The notes beneath the pieces are model-generated. The model was not told the DNA's origin and made no database searches. It saw only the letters and a program-made list of their open reading frames with translations. Below are positions 58,355-64,000 of a stretch of 64,000 nucleotides of DNA, in pieces (within the stretch, counting starts at the first letter, position 1; every line of letters begins with the position of its first letter). Location of the stretch: assembly GCA_963693365.1 (NCBI GenBank), contig CAVNZM010000002.1, positions 9,087,059 through 9,151,058 of the forward strand. Reading direction: 5' to 3'. Origin of the DNA: Amoebidium appalachense. Its lineage: Eukaryota; Protista; Ichthyosporea. The position numbers and the translations under genes were made by a program.

Positions 58355-59725
58355 GACTTATACGCTATCAATAAAAACTACGGAATTTTTGAATAGTTGA
58401 GTGAGATAAAATAAAAAAAGGGTGAAGGTCCTGAAGGAAACTCGTTTCTCAGCTGGGCCAGCGCCTGTATTCCGTATAATGTTTCCTCAGATAATAAAGA
58501 GCATGTTTTCACAACTGGTGGCATATATGTACATGAAGGTATGTAATAGATATGGTAGATGTATGCCGTAGGAAATGGCCGTGATCAGTTGGAAAGGGTG
58601 CAGCTGCATGCATATATATATGAGGGCACATGAATGCACCTGTTTTGCCTACTGTGTAGGCAAATTCACTACCACCTACTGAGGCGGTGTCTCGTGTTCT
58701 TTTTTTTTTTTTTTTTTTTTTTTTTGCAAAAAGGGCCGCCTCAAGTAGATGTATAACGTCGCACGTGCGGCAACCTGTCAGAACGTGTTAGGCAAATTCA
58801 TGAACCTATACCCCTTAGTTGAGAGGGAATAGTCCGGCAAACCACACAAATAAATGTACACCTGACAAAGACCATGGTGTTTTTGAAAGATAATACCCGG
58901 AAGGACTTCGGCTACAGAGGACCAGCCAAACCATTCCGGAGTTGCGGTAAAAACTTGTCTCTAATAAAATTTGGACTCAGCCATCTTGTACAAAGGTCAA
59001 GAAAAACTCGCTAGCTCACAGCAATTGAACTCATTATCAACCAGCGAAACCCAAAATAATGTTATGCCGTTTAGTCGACCCCGGAGTCCCTACAACAGTT
59101 TCATAAGCCTTGCTAAAGGGCTGGGCACTAGCCCTGTACATTTAAAACTTCTCCAACTCAACAAAGCCACTCGTATCAAACAGACCTCCGTTATCCCTTG
59201 CGTATACTTACGAGGGCTTGGCCTGGTAACATCTGCTGCCGTAAAAACTAAAATGGCTGTAAGGCCTTGAACGAGAGAGCTGCCACGGAAAAGGCTATGC
59301 GACTTTTGTGTGCAACCTTTAATGACTAACCGTGCCACTATTCCCCAATACCTTTGACGACTTGCTTTCAATCAGTTGGTTAATACGAGTAAGCAGCTGT
59401 CACAGACTGTGCTGCGAGTCTTTATTGTACACTTACGGATCACTTACAATATCAAAAGCATTTATTTATGTACTGGTATGGTGCATAATTACATATTTAT
59501 TGGGTGTTTATCTACGTAAAGGGGTTCTCTAAGTTACAGAGCTTCATACTAAACCGAGCACCAGGCTCGGACCTTTGCATTCCTTGTTTCGACTAAAAAC
59601 CACAACCATCCATACAAGACATTCGTTATTCAACATTCAGAGGTTGGGCGCCTTCTATAAACAAGACAACGGCTCGAGTCATACGTCCTGGCGATAAAAA
59701 CTCCTCTAGAAGTTCATGTTTTGCT

Positions 59726-60037
59726 TTATCTCCTCCTTGAGTAGGCGGTGGCACCGACAACACCGACAACCATCAAACCGAGAATGGTAAAGCTTGTCAG
59801 CGAACTGCTTGATGAGGTGACATGGCGTGCGGTCGCTCTGTGAACGTTCATAGTGTCGGAAAGAGAGATAGCCTCCCTGATGGAGCGGGCGGCGTCGTAT
59901 TTCACGGGCTCCCCTTCGTAAAGCGGGGTTGGGTCCGGTGAGAGCTCTGTGGGCTCGAATGCTATCGCTGCGCTCATAACGCCACTGGTGAGTGCCAAAA
60001 GGCAGAACATAAAGCATACAAGGAAATTCTTGGCCAT
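59726..60037 (-). CDS. Small hypothetical protein with a signal peptide and C-terminal TM helix (103 aa)
   Basis: Hydrophobic N-terminus, TM segment FTILGLMVVGVVGATAY and basic SRRR tail. TATAAATA lies about 140 nt upstream and CCAAT motifs at 60455-60610. Confidence 0.65.
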   Translation of the reverse strand: MAKNFLVCFMFCLLALTSGVMSAAIAFEPTELSPDPTPLYEGEPVKYDAARSIREAISLSDTMNVHRATARHVTSSSSSLTSFTILGLMVVGVVGATAYSRRR

Positions 60038-61744
60038 TTTGACTGTTTTTAGTCTGCTAAACTCGTTGTTTGTTTCAGGAGCTGTGCTGATAATTGCAAT
60101 GCTTTCTTGCTTTCAGAGACAACGTACAGCAAGTGAAATATTGGGTTCTGGCACGTTGTAAGGGTGTGGGCCCTATTTATAATGCCGTAAATTATGGTTC
60201 GGAATCTGAATGTAATCCTGCAAGCGCCAAGAGCGGTGCGTGACATGAACACCAATCGTATTCATCTTTCAGCAGTGTGTGACGGTCAACGGCGACTCAA
60301 CGCTGATGGATCTGGCGCATTCCTGTATTTTAGACCGCGTTTCGCTTCATTCGTTGTTGACCTGAATGCGTCTTATCTTGATTTTTTATTTCTGATTTTT
60401 TTAGGACAATATGAATATATTATCTATTGAAATTTTCTGCCGCAACAACAATGAGATTGGCTGGTGTGGGGGACATCCTCCTATCACAAATCTGCTTTCA
60501 GCTTGTCCAATCAGCGATATCTCCGTGTATCTTGGTCCCGGTGTTCATCTTACAGCCTCGGCCTAGTCATCCATAGCTAGTGCAGCCGACCAATCATAAC
60601 TGATTGGGCTGCAGATGCCCGGGTCCCCCACCACATGATCTTTTTGTGGGGCTGATGTGTCTTTTTTTTTTTTTTTTGCTCTCTTGACTGGGATTTATTG
60701 ATCAGTGGACAGTGGTCCAGTACTAGTGGATATGAAGGCAACGTGCAGCCACAGGCTACACGACCACCAATAACCGACTTCGAAAGAGCCCACTGCCCAC
60801 GTTATTTTGAACAACCTTTTTGTTCATAAAACGCTTTTCTTTGTTTTGCAGCCAGGTTATTGAGCTTTATACTCAAAAAATGCTGCTGATATTTTATTTG
60901 CAATATTTCACTAATATCCCTTGCATACTATTCGTCTGAGTTCATCAAAGTAAGTGCCACAAAGAGAGAAACCACAGTTGTAATTTTTGTTTTCATCGCC
61001 GCTGGTGCCACTTTTGTGCTGAACTTTTTAATCGCAAGCATGTTGATAGGTTTGAGTTTTTATGTCGCGTATTACCTCTTTCCCTACGGGTGCACGTGTC
61101 TGCTACACTGGCTGGCAATGTGACCATTTTAGACTTTTTGTTGAATTCTGTTGGTCGTCACATTGAGTATTTATATGATTTCCACACAGTGTTCAGGTAT
61201 CTCAGTATGCACTTGTTACTGGATAACTCGTGAAGTTTTTATTGTCTTCTCAGTATGCCGTGCATACAGTGCATATCTTTCCGTCGAATACTATGATCCA
61301 GTCAAAAGAAAAAAAAAACCACAGGCTAAAGCAGTGGTGTAACCCACCAAGTTGACGGGTATAGGGGGACATATAGCCCAAAATCAGCGAATCAGCCGAG
61401 CCTCCACGTGACATGCCTGCGTGGGCGGGCCCAGCCCGGCCAGCCGTCAACTGCCGGCAGTTATTACACCTTTTATTATATTCTATAATACACAGCGCCT
61501 TATTCATTCAGCTCTGCAGGTATAAGTGTTGCGCTGACTCTTTTGTGCATGCCTGCATGGGAAAAATGCCACGCATGGCTACAAATGTAGTCGGGATCCG
61601 GATGCGCCTCACAACGCGGTACCCCAGATACGCGCGCATATCAGGAAGGTATTTTACTGTAATTGTAGGAGGCCAAAAGAGAGCGAACATAACAACCTTG
61701 AGTCCTTGAACCACGGTGGTGTGTCATGCTTCATACAATAGTTG

Positions 61745-61973
61745 CGGAGCAAGGATTGCACATAGTGATGTAATGTAAGAATGGTGAATCCCACATGTGC
61801 ACTTACAGCACATGTTTTATTAGTTACAAAAAATATATACATCGTGCACCATGCATTTGCCCGGAGCAAGGATTGCACATAGTGATGTAATTTAAGAATG
61901 GTGAATCCCACATGTGCACTTACAGCACATGTTTTATTAGTTACAAAAAATATATACATCGTGCACCATGCAT
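61745..61973. repeat. Near-perfect tandem duplication with a 117-bp period
   Basis: CGGAGCAAGGATTGCACATAG...GTGCACCATGCAT at 61745 and 61862. Confidence 0.92.
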
Positions 61974-62159
61974 ATGCATAATGACGCGGTGTTGAGCTCC
62001 AAACTTGTTGTTTTCTCAGTAGGCCTATTTGATACTCGAAGGGTACACTGCAATGTTCCTGACTTCAGTATTATTATATGTATATTGCATTCGCAAGACG
62101 TAGCTGTGCAGTTCATGATCAGTACACAAGAAGACTAATAATAACACACGCACACACTC

Positions 62160-63260
<1,101 letters not shown>

Positions 63261-64000
63261 CCTACACAACACGTTAGTGCACTCAATGGCGCGCGCACAC
63301 ACACACAGACACCTGCTTAAATACACACATGCATAGGCCAGTGTACACACAAACACATACTGGAGAGATATGTGAGCTTACGTAGCTACCTCAGGCCAGT
63401 TTAAACTTTAGCCGAATAAAAACTGATCTGACATTTGCGTGTTTTCAAAGCTTAAAAAAACATGGTTTTTTGGTGGTGTGATTATCATGAATGCTTGTGG
63501 AGAAGCAAAGAACCGAAGGGCACTAGAGCTGGAAAAAGGCGAACCTGGAAAGAAACTGGGAAGAATTGCCCGGTTATAAGCTCGGCAATTATAAGTCCAG
63601 CAAACTGCAACACGATTGTGCGCAAACATGCAAACAAGAAGAGTCGTTCGCGATGGTGCAAACACACATAGGCTGTAAATCATATTAATTTAATATGTAG
63701 ATGTGTACCATGTTGGGTGGCCCCTACTGTTTGCCTTGGTGCCGGCACTTCATCATAGCTCACATATGCATGTATGTCGATGCCAAAAAGCACCGGTACC
63801 TTCCCCCAAATATGATAGTATTCGGCCCGACCGAAGACGTCGCAAACGAATAGGCTTTTTGAGGTTTCCTTAGCAGATGTTTTTCACTGAAATGGGGCAG
63901 CGCTCTAGTCACTTTGAGTGACTGTCTCCCTGCGGCCCGGCTCAACATACCTTGTATGTTGCCGCAGGCGACAGTAGTCCCGCGGCGTAGTAGTGCCCGG

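Noticed and set aside
58643-58800. Short inverted repeats (TTGCCTAC/GTAGGCAA, TGAGGCGG/CCGCCTCA) as a MITE
   Set aside because: They are only 8 bp, single-copy in this window, and have no target-site duplication.
63760-63948. Minus-strand ORF resembling a mitochondrial transit peptide
   Set aside because: Its ATG lies within AAG|GTATGT, a likely donor site, and no recognisable protein could be assembled at the window edge.

Overview
Eukaryotic nuclear DNA, probably from a unicellular opisthokont (inferred from gene content and GT-AG introns; not provable from this window). Most ORF-track calls are artefacts of poly-C/G, (CA)n and (CT)n repeats. Splicing by hand gives: exon 1 of V-ATPase subunit D (-, runs off the left edge); a 28-exon COG1 (+, 2555-29571); an intronless, frameshifted TPR + 2OG-Fe(II) oxygenase-like gene (-); a 10-exon copine/RGLG-type vWA gene (+); an inverted pair plus an orphan tail of a secreted 6-Cys prepropeptide gene; a 6-exon nodulin-like/MCH1 MFS transporter (-); and a small orphan membrane protein. 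The most notable system is a decayed Penelope-like retroelement (Naiad/Chlamys-like RT) in COG1 intron 2. It accompanies more than 15 5'-truncated copies of a structured non-coding module that end at poly-C tracts, lie only in introns and always follow host transcription. Several introns also end in tandem repeats that duplicate the splice acceptor itself.
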